Of a stretch of 64,000 bases of DNA, positions 1-9,962 are shown one piece after another. The notes beneath the pieces are model-generated. The model made no database searches and was not told the origin of the DNA. It worked only from the letters and a program-made list of their open reading frames with translations. This stretch comes from a virus, in the IMG/VR virus record IMGVR_UViG_3300032240_001151, positions 26,113 to 90,112 of that record, one strand, 5' to 3'. Each line of letters starts with the position of its first letter. Positions within the stretch are counted from its first letter, which is position 1. Position numbers and translations under genes: made by a program.

Positions 1-2
1 TA

Positions 3-743
3 ACATTTAATAATGAAGCTCCATCTTCTGGAGGAGGTGATGGAGATACTGTAGAAGATATAAGACTAAAGACAATAGCCAACTTCCCTACACAGTTGAG
101 AAACGTAACTAAGGAAGATCATATTATTAGAGCCTTGAGTATGCCTCCTAAATTTGGAACAGTTGCTAAGGCTTATATTACACAAGATTTAGCTCTAGCA
201 GAGATAGATAGCATGCCTGATTATATTGACAATAATCCATTAGCTTTAAGTTTATATGTCTTATCTTATGACGCAGATAAGAGGTTAACTGAGGCTTCTT
301 TAGCTGTAAAGGAAAATTTAAGAAATTATATTTCCCAATATAAGATAATGACCGATGCTATAACTATAAAAAATGCATACTATATAAACATAGGTTTAAA
401 TTTTGATATAGTAGTATTACCGTCTTATAATAGCAGAGAGGTTCTTAACCAATGTCTAAACGCAGTAAGAGATTATTTCAACATAGATAAGTGGCAAATA
501 AACCAGCCAATACTTTTGTCAGAGTTAACAAATGTAATAAGCTGTGGAAACATAAAAGGAGTTCAAAGTGTAGTTAAAGTTGAAATAGTAAATAAATACG
601 GAGAATCAAATGGTTATTCAAAATATGGTTATGATATCAAGGGTGCTACCAAAAATAATATAATCTATCCTAGTTTAGATCCATCTATTTTTGAAGTTAG
701 ATATCCTAATACTGATATTTACGGAAGAGTTGTAACCTATTAA
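3..743 (+). CDS. Baseplate wedge subunit (T4 gp6-like), C-terminal part; 5' end outside window
   Basis: Frame open from position 3: TFNNEAPSSGGGDGDTVEDIRLKTIANFPTQLRNVTKED matches the gp6/baseplate-J GG.D.E...IR....F..Q.R.VT..D motif; ends IFEVRYPNTDIYGRV. Confidence 0.8.
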   Translation, partial: TFNNEAPSSGGGDGDTVEDIRLKTIANFPTQLRNVTKEDHIIRALSMPPKFGTVAKAYITQDLALAEIDSMPDYIDNNPLALSLYVLSYDADKRLTEASLAVKENLRNYISQYKIMTDAITIKNAYYINIGLNFDIVVLPSYNSREVLNQCLNAVRDYFNIDKWQINQPILLSELTNVISCGNIKGVQSVVKVEIVNKYGESNGYSKYGYDIKGATKNNIIYPSLDPSIFEVRYPNTDIYGRVVTY

Positions 744-754
744 AATAGTCATAT

Positions 755-1354
755 ATGAATTTAGATAAGTTAAAAGGAAAGATACCTGATTCGGTAATAT
801 CTCAACTCCTAGACACAATTGCTAAGTTTCAAATAAACACTCCTTTGAGATTAGCTCATTTTTTAGCTCAAGCAGCCCATGAGTCTGGTGGATTTAAAAT
901 AGTAAATGAGAATTTAAATTATGGTGCAAAAGGCTTAAGATCAATATTTGGAAAGTATTTTCCAGATGATGCTACTGCTTTAGCATATGAAAGAAAGCCT
1001 GAGAAAATAGCAAATGTTGTTTATGCTAGTAGAATGGGAAATGGTGATAAAGCTAGTGGTGATGGGTGGAAGCACAGAGGCAGAGGATTCATCCAGCTGA
1101 CAGGACATGATAATTATGCAGCTTTTGATAAAGTTGTAGATGATGATATATTAGCTAATCCAGATTTAGTAGCTACAAAGTATCCATTGCTTTCTGCCGG
1201 ATGGTTTTGGAATAGCAGGGGATTAAATGCGATAGCGGATAAGGGCTCATCAGATGCAGATGTAACAGCAATAAGGAAGAAAGTGAATGGAGGGGTAATA
1301 GGATTAGATGATACAATTAAGCATTTTAAAGAATATTACAGTTTACTACAATAA
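755..1354 (+). CDS. Glycoside hydrolase family 19 endolysin
   Basis: HFLAQAAHESGGF, ENLNY, RGRGFIQLTGHDNY, SAGWFW and KVNGG are GH19 phage lysin motifs. Confidence 0.9.
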   Translation: MNLDKLKGKIPDSVISQLLDTIAKFQINTPLRLAHFLAQAAHESGGFKIVNENLNYGAKGLRSIFGKYFPDDATALAYERKPEKIANVVYASRMGNGDKASGDGWKHRGRGFIQLTGHDNYAAFDKVVDDDILANPDLVATKYPLLSAGWFWNSRGLNAIADKGSSDADVTAIRKKVNGGVIGLDDTIKHFKEYYSLLQ

Positions 1355-1360
1355 TAAAAC

Positions 1361-2461
1361 ATGGCCGTATATAAAATATTTGCTGAAAAAGACACAACAC
1401 TGTACTCTGACTACGGTACATTAAACTCTGGTATGGATCCTATTTTGGAACTATCTAAGAATGTTAGTCTATTGTACCCATCGCAATCATCAGCAGCTAG
1501 ATTTCTAATTAAGTTTGCAGATGATGATATATCAGATGTAGTGTCTAATTATATTGGTACGGCATCATTTAGCAGTAGTTTAAAATTATACTTAGCAAAT
1601 TCCACAGGATTGCCTACTGATTATTCAGTTGAGGTTTTTCCTGTATCTGGTGTATGGGATATGGGCACTGGTAGATTTGGGGATAATCCAATACCTACTG
1701 ATGGTGCTTCATGGATATACAGGAAGTCCGGTGGAACATCTCCTTGGGAGCTCGCTAACTTTTCAGCAGGAGTAACTGCATCTTATACAGATATTAATGC
1801 TGGAGGTGGTACATGGTATACTTCATACAAATCTGAACAAAATTTTGGAGTGTATACAAATAAAGATGCAAACATAGATGTATCATCTGCTGTAATAGCT
1901 TTTGTTTCTAGCTCCATACCAAATGAAGGATTTATAGTAAAACTATCAGGATCTTTAGAATTTGATGAAGCTTATAATTTTACTCTTAATTATTTTGGTA
2001 GAGATACAAACACAGTTTATCCACCGGTATTAGAATTTAAGTGGGATGATTCTACTTATTCTATATCTGGATCTTCGATAACTGGGGTCGGATCTGCTGA
2101 CGTTAGATTATCTCTTGCAAATAATAAAGGAGAATTCAATCAAGATGAAATACATAGGTTTAGATTAAATGTAAGAGATCTAATACCTACAAGAACGTAT
2201 GCCACTTCTTCAATATACACAACACAGAAGTATTTGCCAGCTAGTACATACTACTCTATAAAGGATGTAAAATCAGACATAACTATAGTAGATTTTGATA
2301 ATAATTTTACAAAAGTAAGTGCAGATTTACAAGGAAATTATTTTGATATTTACATGTATGGATTAGAACCAGAAAGATATTATAAGATACTTATAAAAAC
2401 AGTGATTAGTGGGTCTACTTTGATATTTGATGATCAATACTTCTTTAAAGTAACTGAATAA
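1361..2461 (+). CDS. Putative virion structural (baseplate/tail) protein
   Basis: 366 aa, beta-rich, in baseplate operon; KDTTLYS...PILEL start and P.LEFKWDD resemble DNRLRE-type domains. Confidence 0.5.
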   Translation: MAVYKIFAEKDTTLYSDYGTLNSGMDPILELSKNVSLLYPSQSSAARFLIKFADDDISDVVSNYIGTASFSSSLKLYLANSTGLPTDYSVEVFPVSGVWDMGTGRFGDNPIPTDGASWIYRKSGGTSPWELANFSAGVTASYTDINAGGGTWYTSYKSEQNFGVYTNKDANIDVSSAVIAFVSSSIPNEGFIVKLSGSLEFDEAYNFTLNYFGRDTNTVYPPVLEFKWDDSTYSISGSSITGVGSADVRLSLANNKGEFNQDEIHRFRLNVRDLIPTRTYATSSIYTTQKYLPASTYYSIKDVKSDITIVDFDNNFTKVSADLQGNYFDIYMYGLEPERYYKILIKTVISGSTLIFDDQYFFKVTE

Positions 2462-2793
2462 TGGGGGAACAAGTTAACATAATCAGAAAAATATACGGTA
2501 AGAATACGTTTACAAATGTAGTAGATGTTCAGTTTAATCAATTAGTTCCCAAAGAACCAAAAGATATAACTCAAACTCCTGCTAGTGTAGATACTTTTTT
2601 TAGTGATTATGATACATTGTTTTATGATATACCTCCAAGTGGATCAGAAAATTCACATACAGAATTAGTAAGAAGAAGTTCTGAATACATAGGTTTAAGC
2701 ATAGATGATTTAAAAGAAGAAATAGCAAATTTAAGAGATGAAAACGTATCTCTAAAAACACAAATAGTATCACTTACAAACCCAACTAAATAA
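2461..2793 (+). CDS. Hypothetical protein with C-terminal coiled coil
   Basis: 110 aa, translationally coupled on both sides; IDDLKEEIANLRDENVSLK heptads. Confidence 0.6.
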   Translation: MGEQVNIIRKIYGKNTFTNVVDVQFNQLVPKEPKDITQTPASVDTFFSDYDTLFYDIPPSGSENSHTELVRRSSEYIGLSIDDLKEEIANLRDENVSLKTQIVSLTNPTK

Positions 2794-5700
2794 TGGTAAC
2801 GTCTGTAAATAAGATAAATGTTAATTTTGATAAGTACGATACTATAGACTCGTCTCTTATAGCCTCAAGGGATTATATTAGACAGTTTGGTCTAAAAGAA
2901 GATTACGTAGAGTACCATGTTTATACTAAGAACGGTAGTTTATTATACTCAAATTATAACTATAAAGATTATAGAATACCAGGAACTTTACAAGGATCTA
3001 CTAGTACATACACTGAAGAATTAGAGTTTTTTCCTGGAAATGTTGTAGAGAGTCTTGGATTTACATATGGCACTTATAATGTGCAGTTCAATGTTTATAG
3101 AAAGAAAATAGTAGATATTAATCAAAAGGTATTTTTTATAAAAGAAATATCTAATGATCGTAAAGAACTTAGAATATCTTCTAATGATTTATCAAATCTT
3201 ACTATAGAAGAAGGTGTTTTAAATTTTTTATATGAAATACAATCATCTTCTTATTTTAAAGACTTTCTTTTAAATTTTGGAGATAATAAAATAGTAAATG
3301 CTGTAAACATAGCATTAGATAAGAATACAGACCCTTATAGCATTTTAATAAAACTATACCAACCATTACCTACTGAGTTTGATATTAAGTCGTCTTTTTG
3401 GTTTGTTGAGGAGTTATCAGAGGCATCTGTTTTTGAAGTTAATCTAGCTCCACAACCAATACAAACAAATACACCTTTTTTAAAAGGGGCTAATTTTGAT
3501 ATTGAAGTTGATGAAAATTCTATAAAGCCTTCTGATTATGTAAACATAGACGATCTTTTATCAAACCAATCTCTAGGGGCTTATCAAGAATTACTAAACG
3601 CCCTTAATAAAAAGGGGATACAAATAAATGTAGACTATTCAGACTATAACAATTTTGTTCATTTCTCTTCTGCAAAAGAAAGGTTGTTAAATTTTAGATA
3701 TAAAGTAGAGTTAATTGAATCCTATCAATCAGATATTGATGCAATAAAAACAACTAATAACTATAATACTTCTTTTAATTCTAGTGCAAGTATTACATCT
3801 TTACAAAATAAGATAGATAATCTTGTTACTAATTTTGATGGATATGAATCATATTTGTATTATACATCAGAGTCTGCTGCTTGGCCAAAATCAAATTCGG
3901 ATAAGCCGTATACTTTGTATTCTTCAACTTCCACTGAGGTACAATACTGGTTAGGAAGCGATGATTATGATTCTGTTGTATACGGAGGGCAAATAAACTC
4001 AGCTTCTTTATATGATTTAGAAAATCAAGATAATCTATCTTATATTATACCTGAGTATATATCTGTAGATCCAGTAAATGATGGATATACTTTATTTTTA
4101 AATATGATAGGTCAGCATTTTGATAATGTGTGGATCTATATGAATAGCATTACTGATCTTTATAAAAACAATAATAGTTTAAATAAAGGTATATCAAAAG
4201 ATATTGTATACTATGCTTTAAGATCTCTTGGTATAAAACTGTATAATTCCAAAAGTAGTGAAAACTTATTTCAATATTTAATAGGTAGTTCTGTATCGGG
4301 CAGTTATTCTCCTACAGGATCTGCGTTTGATACTTTAGTAACGGCCTCAGCATATACTATACCAGGTCAAGACATACAAAAAGAGACTTTAAAAAGAATA
4401 TATCACAACTTACCCCTTCTTCTTAAATCAAAAGGCACTGCAAGAGGTGTAAGAGCTCTTATATCCTCTTTTGGCATACCAGATACCATATTATCAGTTA
4501 ATGAATTTGGAGGTGCAGATAAGCTTAATAACACTGTAGAGTACACTTACGATAGGTTTTCATATGCGTTAAGCATGTCAGGATCATATGTTAAATCTTA
4601 TTGGGGAGCTAAGTATGACTACCCTACAGCATCTGTGACTGATTACGTACCTAATACTATAGAATTTAGATTTAAACCGGATAAGAATTATTACTACTAC
4701 ACATCTTCTTTATTTGACCTTACTTTAAACAATGGTGGAAATAGAACTATATATGCTAATGTGAGCCCTGATACTAGTATTGGGTACCCATATAGTTTAG
4801 TAAGTTTATATATTAGTGGGAGTTCTGGATTTGATAGGACATCTGTATCACTTCCTATATACATGACAGCATCATCTGGAGAGTCTTTGTGGTGGAATAT
4901 AATGGTCAGGAGAAGAAATAATTATGATGTAACAGTAAATAATCAAGACCAATATTACGATCTATACGTAAAAAATAAAATAGGATTAAGGATAGGACAC
5001 GAAGCCTCTGCAAGCATCTCTGCACCAGGATCTTCAAGGTCTTCTTACAACTATGGCTGGAATAGAGTATCACAATCTTTATACTTGGGAGGAACTGGTT
5101 CTAAGTTTGTAGGAGATATTCAAGAACTTAGGTACTGGACATTACCTTTATCTGAATCTGTTTTTGATTATCATACTTTAAATCCTGAATCTATAAGAGG
5201 AAATTATAGCGGATCTTCATATAATGAACTGTCTGCAAGATTTCCATTAGGTAATGATTTGTATATTTACAATCATACCCTTACTGGATCGGTGTATTCT
5301 GTACAGCCTAACTATAAAGAAAGATCTGTAATAGCTGGAGCAACTGTAAAATCAGCTAGCTTTGTAGGGTTTACTAACGAGATTAACTATTCAACAAATG
5401 ATGAAGAGTACGTTACAGATTCACCTAACATGGTGTACTCTAACCCAGTAAATCAAAAAATTAGAATTGTAGACAATGAAATAACAGGCAGTGTACTGTC
5501 TCCATTTATAAGATTAGAAGACGAGTCTAGTATATACACAACTAAGGATGTTCATTATATTGATGCATCATTCTCTCCACAGAATGAACTAAATAAAGAT
5601 ATAATAGGACAGTATGGTAATTCAATAGATATAGATCAGTATATAGGTGACCCTAGAGATGATTATAAAAAAGAATATCCAGATCTTGTATCTTTTAATA

Positions 5701-8213
5701 AAGAATATTACGAAAAGTATTTTAAAAATTACAATTTAGCAGATTATATAAGACTAATAAAGTTCTTTGATAATTCTTTATTTAAGATGATCAAAGATTA
5801 CGTACCGGCAAGGTCGAGTGTACAAACTGGTCTTACAATAAAATCAACCATAATAGAAAGGCCAAAAGCTAAAAGAGCAGAAACTATTTTAACTGAGAAC
5901 TATAATTCAAAAGAAGGGACTATAGTAACCGGAGAAGTTTCTGCCAATAGTATATACACTAGTAGTTATGGAGATGGAAGAGATTTTTATACAGGACAAC
6001 TATCAGGTTCCTTAATTGACATTAATAATATATTCGCAGAAAAAAATTATAATCCATATCTCTTATACACTTCAAGCATAGATCACAATTTCTTTGATAG
6101 GAGTATTTTTAATACAACTATAAATAACGTATCAGCTAGTCAGGTATCAAAATTGTTTAAAAAAATAAATCCATATCAATTTGGAATGCTTGAGCCTGTA
6201 GAAATTTTAGATGAGAATTATACAGATCCAAGATACACTAGACCAAGATATGAAGGATCTAAAACAACTAGTTCAATTTATAATTTTTATACTCCAGGAG
6301 ATTCTTCTTATGGTAAAACAGCGGCAATAGACAAGAACTCAGAAAAATTTGCTTTTGCAAACAGCATTAACAAAAAGAATCTTAATTTTTATGATAAAAC
6401 AACCGTCAATATAAAATATCTTATAGATGCTACAGGATCAATAACTGAGTTGTCTAGAAGAAACTACCATATATTTGAAGTACAAAATATTTACAAGAAA
6501 GGAGATCTTGTTAACGTATCTTTGATGGATAAGTTAAATCCAACAAATCAATCTTCTTTAGATGGAGATAAAGTAATATGGGAAGGTGGGTTTACCTATT
6601 CTCCTATCTTATTTAGAGAGATTAATGAAGATCTTACTTTTACATACATAGAACCTACAGAAACAACAGAAAAAAAACTGGGATTAAAAGCTATAAATAC
6701 TAGTGGGTATACATTTCAAACTGTAGGAGACGCAGATGGGTCATTACCAGGAAATTTCACAACAACAAACACTGTGAATCCAAAAGTTATTTTTAAAATA
6801 GATGGAATAGCGGATAATACAAAATCTTTTTCTCAAAAAAGAATTCAAAGTAATAACTGGCCTTATTTGAAAATGCCACTAACAGATTATAATAAAGTAG
6901 CATATAAAGATTATACAAACCAAAATGTATATATAGCATACTCAAATCCATTTGAAGACGAAGCTTCTTATTACTCACTAGATTGGTTTATTCCTGGAGA
7001 TACTACTGAAGCAGCTGGAGGTTACAGGACAGATGACTTTAGTGGGAAACTAACAGTGGTCCAGTCGGGCACCGAGTATTATTCATACGTTACAGCCCCA
7101 AGAAACACTACCTATAAAGTAAACGTAGATCTGCCTATAAGAGCAAAGGCCAGAAATCCAGAAACTGCAGGTGAAAGAGCAGCTGAAAAAGGACCTTCTA
7201 TAGTTAAAATAATAGGAGTTTTAGAAGTACAAAAATCAGGAACATCTACTTGGGAATATCTAGACAATACAAATGCTGCTAACCCAGTTCCTTATGGGTA
7301 TACTAAGTTTACAGCTACTAATATTCCTATTGCAAACGGAGGATCTCCTAAATGGGATACTACTGTAGCGGCAGTTAATGAGGAGCTTAGTTTTATAAAA
7401 TTTTCTGGAGATGCACAAGGAGGGACTTATAATGGTAAAACAATAAGTCCTTATTTTGAAGGAAGGTGTCAATTGTTCAATAAAGAGATAGTCTTAAATC
7501 AGGGGGACAAATTAAGAGTTAGATTCTTTTTTGCAGAGGTAACAACATTTTTTAGAAGAAGTTCGGATATAAATTTTGAAATACAACCCGGAGATACGTC
7601 CAAAGCATTTTTTGAAGTATGGGATAAGATAACATCAAATACAACGCAAGTAACAACAACAACTATAGGCACAGACCCTCTCCACCCCATAATAGGGCCA
7701 TCCTCAGATAATAAAACAATAGTTTTTAATGATGAGGCATCTTTATTGTGGAATAAGGCAATATTCGAACCGCCAGACAGCACTAATCCATCTTCTATAA
7801 GTAACAGTTACAGCGCTATTGAGTATCCATTTTCTATAAAGGTATATGACGTAATAAGGTTTACTCAATTTAATGCAATAAAACCTGATTATTATATAGT
7901 AATGGAGGTTATAGAACCTCAAATACAGACCATATCATCAGGAACTGTAACAACATATATAGTAACTAGACCTGCTTCTATAGTATTAGATAGGGCCTAT
8001 AACCCAAATCAAATAACTGGGGCTAGCTTTGCAATTTTAAGAAAGGTAGAAGATGAGACTGTTATAATATTAGATTTTAAGAAGAAGGACGGACTTCCTT
8101 CAAATGCCTTTATGATTCCTTATAACATTAAACCAGAGATTAAGAGAGAAATTGGAAATATAGTAGCTCCATTGAAAGATACTATCCTTTCTAAAGTTCT
8201 TATCATAGGATAA
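2793..8213 (+). CDS. Large baseplate/tail structural protein (gp7-like region plus LamG-like segment)
   Basis: 1806 aa; RIYHNLPLLLKSKGTARGVRALISSFGIP resembles tail-protein-I/gp7-type wedge motif; TIEFRF...LYLGG...FVGDIQELRYW is LamG-like. Confidence 0.6.
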   Translation: MVTSVNKINVNFDKYDTIDSSLIASRDYIRQFGLKEDYVEYHVYTKNGSLLYSNYNYKDYRIPGTLQGSTSTYTEELEFFPGNVVESLGFTYGTYNVQFNVYRKKIVDINQKVFFIKEISNDRKELRISSNDLSNLTIEEGVLNFLYEIQSSSYFKDFLLNFGDNKIVNAVNIALDKNTDPYSILIKLYQPLPTEFDIKSSFWFVEELSEASVFEVNLAPQPIQTNTPFLKGANFDIEVDENSIKPSDYVNIDDLLSNQSLGAYQELLNALNKKGIQINVDYSDYNNFVHFSSAKERLLNFRYKVELIESYQSDIDAIKTTNNYNTSFNSSASITSLQNKIDNLVTNFDGYESYLYYTSESAAWPKSNSDKPYTLYSSTSTEVQYWLGSDDYDSVVYGGQINSASLYDLENQDNLSYIIPEYISVDPVNDGYTLFLNMIGQHFDNVWIYMNSITDLYKNNNSLNKGISKDIVYYALRSLGIKLYNSKSSENLFQYLIGSSVSGSYSPTGSAFDTLVTASAYTIPGQDIQKETLKRIYHNLPLLLKSKGTARGVRALISSFGIPDTILSVNEFGGADKLNNTVEYTYDRFSYALSMSGSYVKSYWGAKYDYPTASVTDYVPNTIEFRFKPDKNYYYYTSSLFDLTLNNGGNRTIYANVSPDTSIGYPYSLVSLYISGSSGFDRTSVSLPIYMTASSGESLWWNIMVRRRNNYDVTVNNQDQYYDLYVKNKIGLRIGHEASASISAPGSSRSSYNYGWNRVSQSLYLGGTGSKFVGDIQELRYWTLPLSESVFDYHTLNPESIRGNYSGSSYNELSARFPLGNDLYIYNHTLTGSVYSVQPNYKERSVIAGATVKSASFVGFTNEINYSTNDEEYVTDSPNMVYSNPVNQKIRIVDNEITGSVLSPFIRLEDESSIYTTKDVHYIDASFSPQNELNKDIIGQYGNSIDIDQYIGDPRDDYKKEYPDLVSFNKEYYEKYFKNYNLADYIRLIKFFDNSLFKMIKDYVPARSSVQTGLTIKSTIIERPKAKRAETILTENYNSKEGTIVTGEVSANSIYTSSYGDGRDFYTGQLSGSLIDINNIFAEKNYNPYLLYTSSIDHNFFDRSIFNTTINNVSASQVSKLFKKINPYQFGMLEPVEILDENYTDPRYTRPRYEGSKTTSSIYNFYTPGDSSYGKTAAIDKNSEKFAFANSINKKNLNFYDKTTVNIKYLIDATGSITELSRRNYHIFEVQNIYKKGDLVNVSLMDKLNPTNQSSLDGDKVIWEGGFTYSPILFREINEDLTFTYIEPTETTEKKLGLKAINTSGYTFQTVGDADGSLPGNFTTTNTVNPKVIFKIDGIADNTKSFSQKRIQSNNWPYLKMPLTDYNKVAYKDYTNQNVYIAYSNPFEDEASYYSLDWFIPGDTTEAAGGYRTDDFSGKLTVVQSGTEYYSYVTAPRNTTYKVNVDLPIRAKARNPETAGERAAEKGPSIVKIIGVLEVQKSGTSTWEYLDNTNAANPVPYGYTKFTATNIPIANGGSPKWDTTVAAVNEELSFIKFSGDAQGGTYNGKTISPYFEGRCQLFNKEIVLNQGDKLRVRFFFAEVTTFFRRSSDINFEIQPGDTSKAFFEVWDKITSNTTQVTTTTIGTDPLHPIIGPSSDNKTIVFNDEASLLWNKAIFEPPDSTNPSSISNSYSAIEYPFSIKVYDVIRFTQFNAIKPDYYIVMEVIEPQIQTISSGTVTTYIVTRPASIVLDRAYNPNQITGASFAILRKVEDETVIILDFKKKDGLPSNAFMIPYNIKPEIKREIGNIVAPLKDTILSKVLIIG

Positions 8214-8233
8214 CCTAAAATGATAATCCTTAA

Positions 8234-8241
8234 TATTTATA
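8234..8241 (+). promoter_or_regulatory. Putative late promoter TATTTATA
   Basis: Intergenic, 16 nt before ATG 8258; same motif recurs before many structural genes. Confidence 0.6.
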
Positions 8242-8257
8242 TATACAAATTACAAAA

Positions 8258-8917
8258 ATGGGATATTTAAACAATACTGTAGTAACTGTCGATGCAATTT
8301 TGACTAAAAAAGGCAGGGAACTCCTAGCCAGAAACGATGGATCTTTTAGAATTACACAATTTGCAATGGCTGATGACGAGATTGATTATACACTATATAA
8401 TACAACACACCCTTCAGGATCAGCTTTTTATGGTGAGGCTATAGAAAATATGCCACTTCTGGAAGCATTTCCAGATGAAAATCAAATTATGAAGTATAAG
8501 TTGGTTACCCTACCTAGAGGTACCAGCAAACTCCCAGTTATCAATGTTGGATATGCTAGCATAGTTCTTAAACAAGCTGCTTCTATAGTAATAACTCCAC
8601 AGACTTTGAACTATCTGGGAGCCACTTCTACATTTGAGCCTAGTGGCTATGTAGTTACTGTAGGCGATGCTAGATTGTTGTCTACCTTCACTGGTATCGG
8701 AATAGATACAACCAACCTTGGCATATCTGATCTAAGTACAACTACAGGTACTCAAATAAGTAAGACTGCCATAGGTACTTCTTTCACATTGGTAGGAACC
8801 ACAATAGATACCTTATTCGGAAGCACATTAACAAGTCTCAGCACAACTATAACAGTGGTTGGAAGGGATTCAGGTGCTAGAATTACCATTCCATTAACTG
8901 TAAAAAAGAATAAATAA
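8258..8917 (+). CDS. Conserved large-phage structural protein (baseplate/tail-collar-like)
   Basis: DAILTKKGRELLA...ITQFAMADDEIDY resembles tail-collar fibre N-terminal motif. Confidence 0.55.
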   Translation: MGYLNNTVVTVDAILTKKGRELLARNDGSFRITQFAMADDEIDYTLYNTTHPSGSAFYGEAIENMPLLEAFPDENQIMKYKLVTLPRGTSKLPVINVGYASIVLKQAASIVITPQTLNYLGATSTFEPSGYVVTVGDARLLSTFTGIGIDTTNLGISDLSTTTGTQISKTAIGTSFTLVGTTIDTLFGSTLTSLSTTITVVGRDSGARITIPLTVKKNK

Positions 8918-9945
8918 TGTCATTCATAACATTTCAAGATGATGATAGTGTAATAAGTTCAGAAGCTATAACGGCTCCTCTTTGGACATCTAACGTATAT
9001 AATTTAACGGCATCCTTTACATCAAGTGTTCAACAAGGAGATAATACAGGAAAGTATTACTTAAATGTATACAATCTACTGTACGGTAGTGATGGATCCG
9101 AAGTACAATTTTCCTTAGCTTACGGACATATATCAGGTAGTGGATCAGCTGTGTTTAATAATCTAGTAGATGAAAAAACTCCTACTAGAGACATATACGG
9201 ACAGTATAGAAATCTGGTGTATGGAGATGAAGGTAGTGTGTTTAATTTTGGAGGAAGTAATGGTATATCTAGAGATATATTTGTTGTAAACGTTAACAGA
9301 TCTAGATATAAAGAAAAAATAAATACTGGCACTTGGAATCTTACTTTAAAAAATAATAGCAGTTACTTATACTTAACAGATAACAGTAAAGATACATCTG
9401 TAAATAGTTTTATAGGCGGAAACAGAGTGTACTATATTGTGAGTGGGTCAAATGGAAATAGCTATAACACATCATCTATACAGACTAACAGTGGAAGCTA
9501 TGGATACTTCTTCCCAGACATGGGAATATATGTTTTAAATCCAAGGGCGCTAGCTTTATCATATGCAGATGGTGGAATTGGGATGACTGTTGATGAAACC
9601 AATGCCAAATCATACACAGCTACTTATAATATAAATGCAGATAGATTGTTTAGAGTTATTAACTCTGGATTATCTTTCCAAGCAAAAAGTGAAGAGACTA
9701 TATCCTCTAGATATTTCTTTGTAAATGCGAAAAGCTCTCAGTTAAACTATACAACAAACCCATCTATTATAGATGAAAATGGAAATGTATTATACTCAAT
9801 ATTAATAGATAATCCACAGGTGTTCCCTACAACAATAGGACTGTATAATGATGCTAATGAGCTTTTGGCTGTTGCTAAACTAAGTAAACCATTGCCAAAA
9901 GACTTCACCAAGCAGATAACATGTAGAGTCAAATTAGAATTTTAA
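8917..9945 (+). CDS. Structural protein with tail-collar-like C-terminus
   Basis: Ends TTIGLYNDANELLAVAKLSKPLPK, typical of tail-collar/baseplate C-termini. Confidence 0.55.
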   Translation: MSFITFQDDDSVISSEAITAPLWTSNVYNLTASFTSSVQQGDNTGKYYLNVYNLLYGSDGSEVQFSLAYGHISGSGSAVFNNLVDEKTPTRDIYGQYRNLVYGDEGSVFNFGGSNGISRDIFVVNVNRSRYKEKINTGTWNLTLKNNSSYLYLTDNSKDTSVNSFIGGNRVYYIVSGSNGNSYNTSSIQTNSGSYGYFFPDMGIYVLNPRALALSYADGGIGMTVDETNAKSYTATYNINADRLFRVINSGLSFQAKSEETISSRYFFVNAKSSQLNYTTNPSIIDENGNVLYSILIDNPQVFPTTIGLYNDANELLAVAKLSKPLPKDFTKQITCRVKLEF

Positions 9946-9962
9946 ATTCGAGATGACTACAT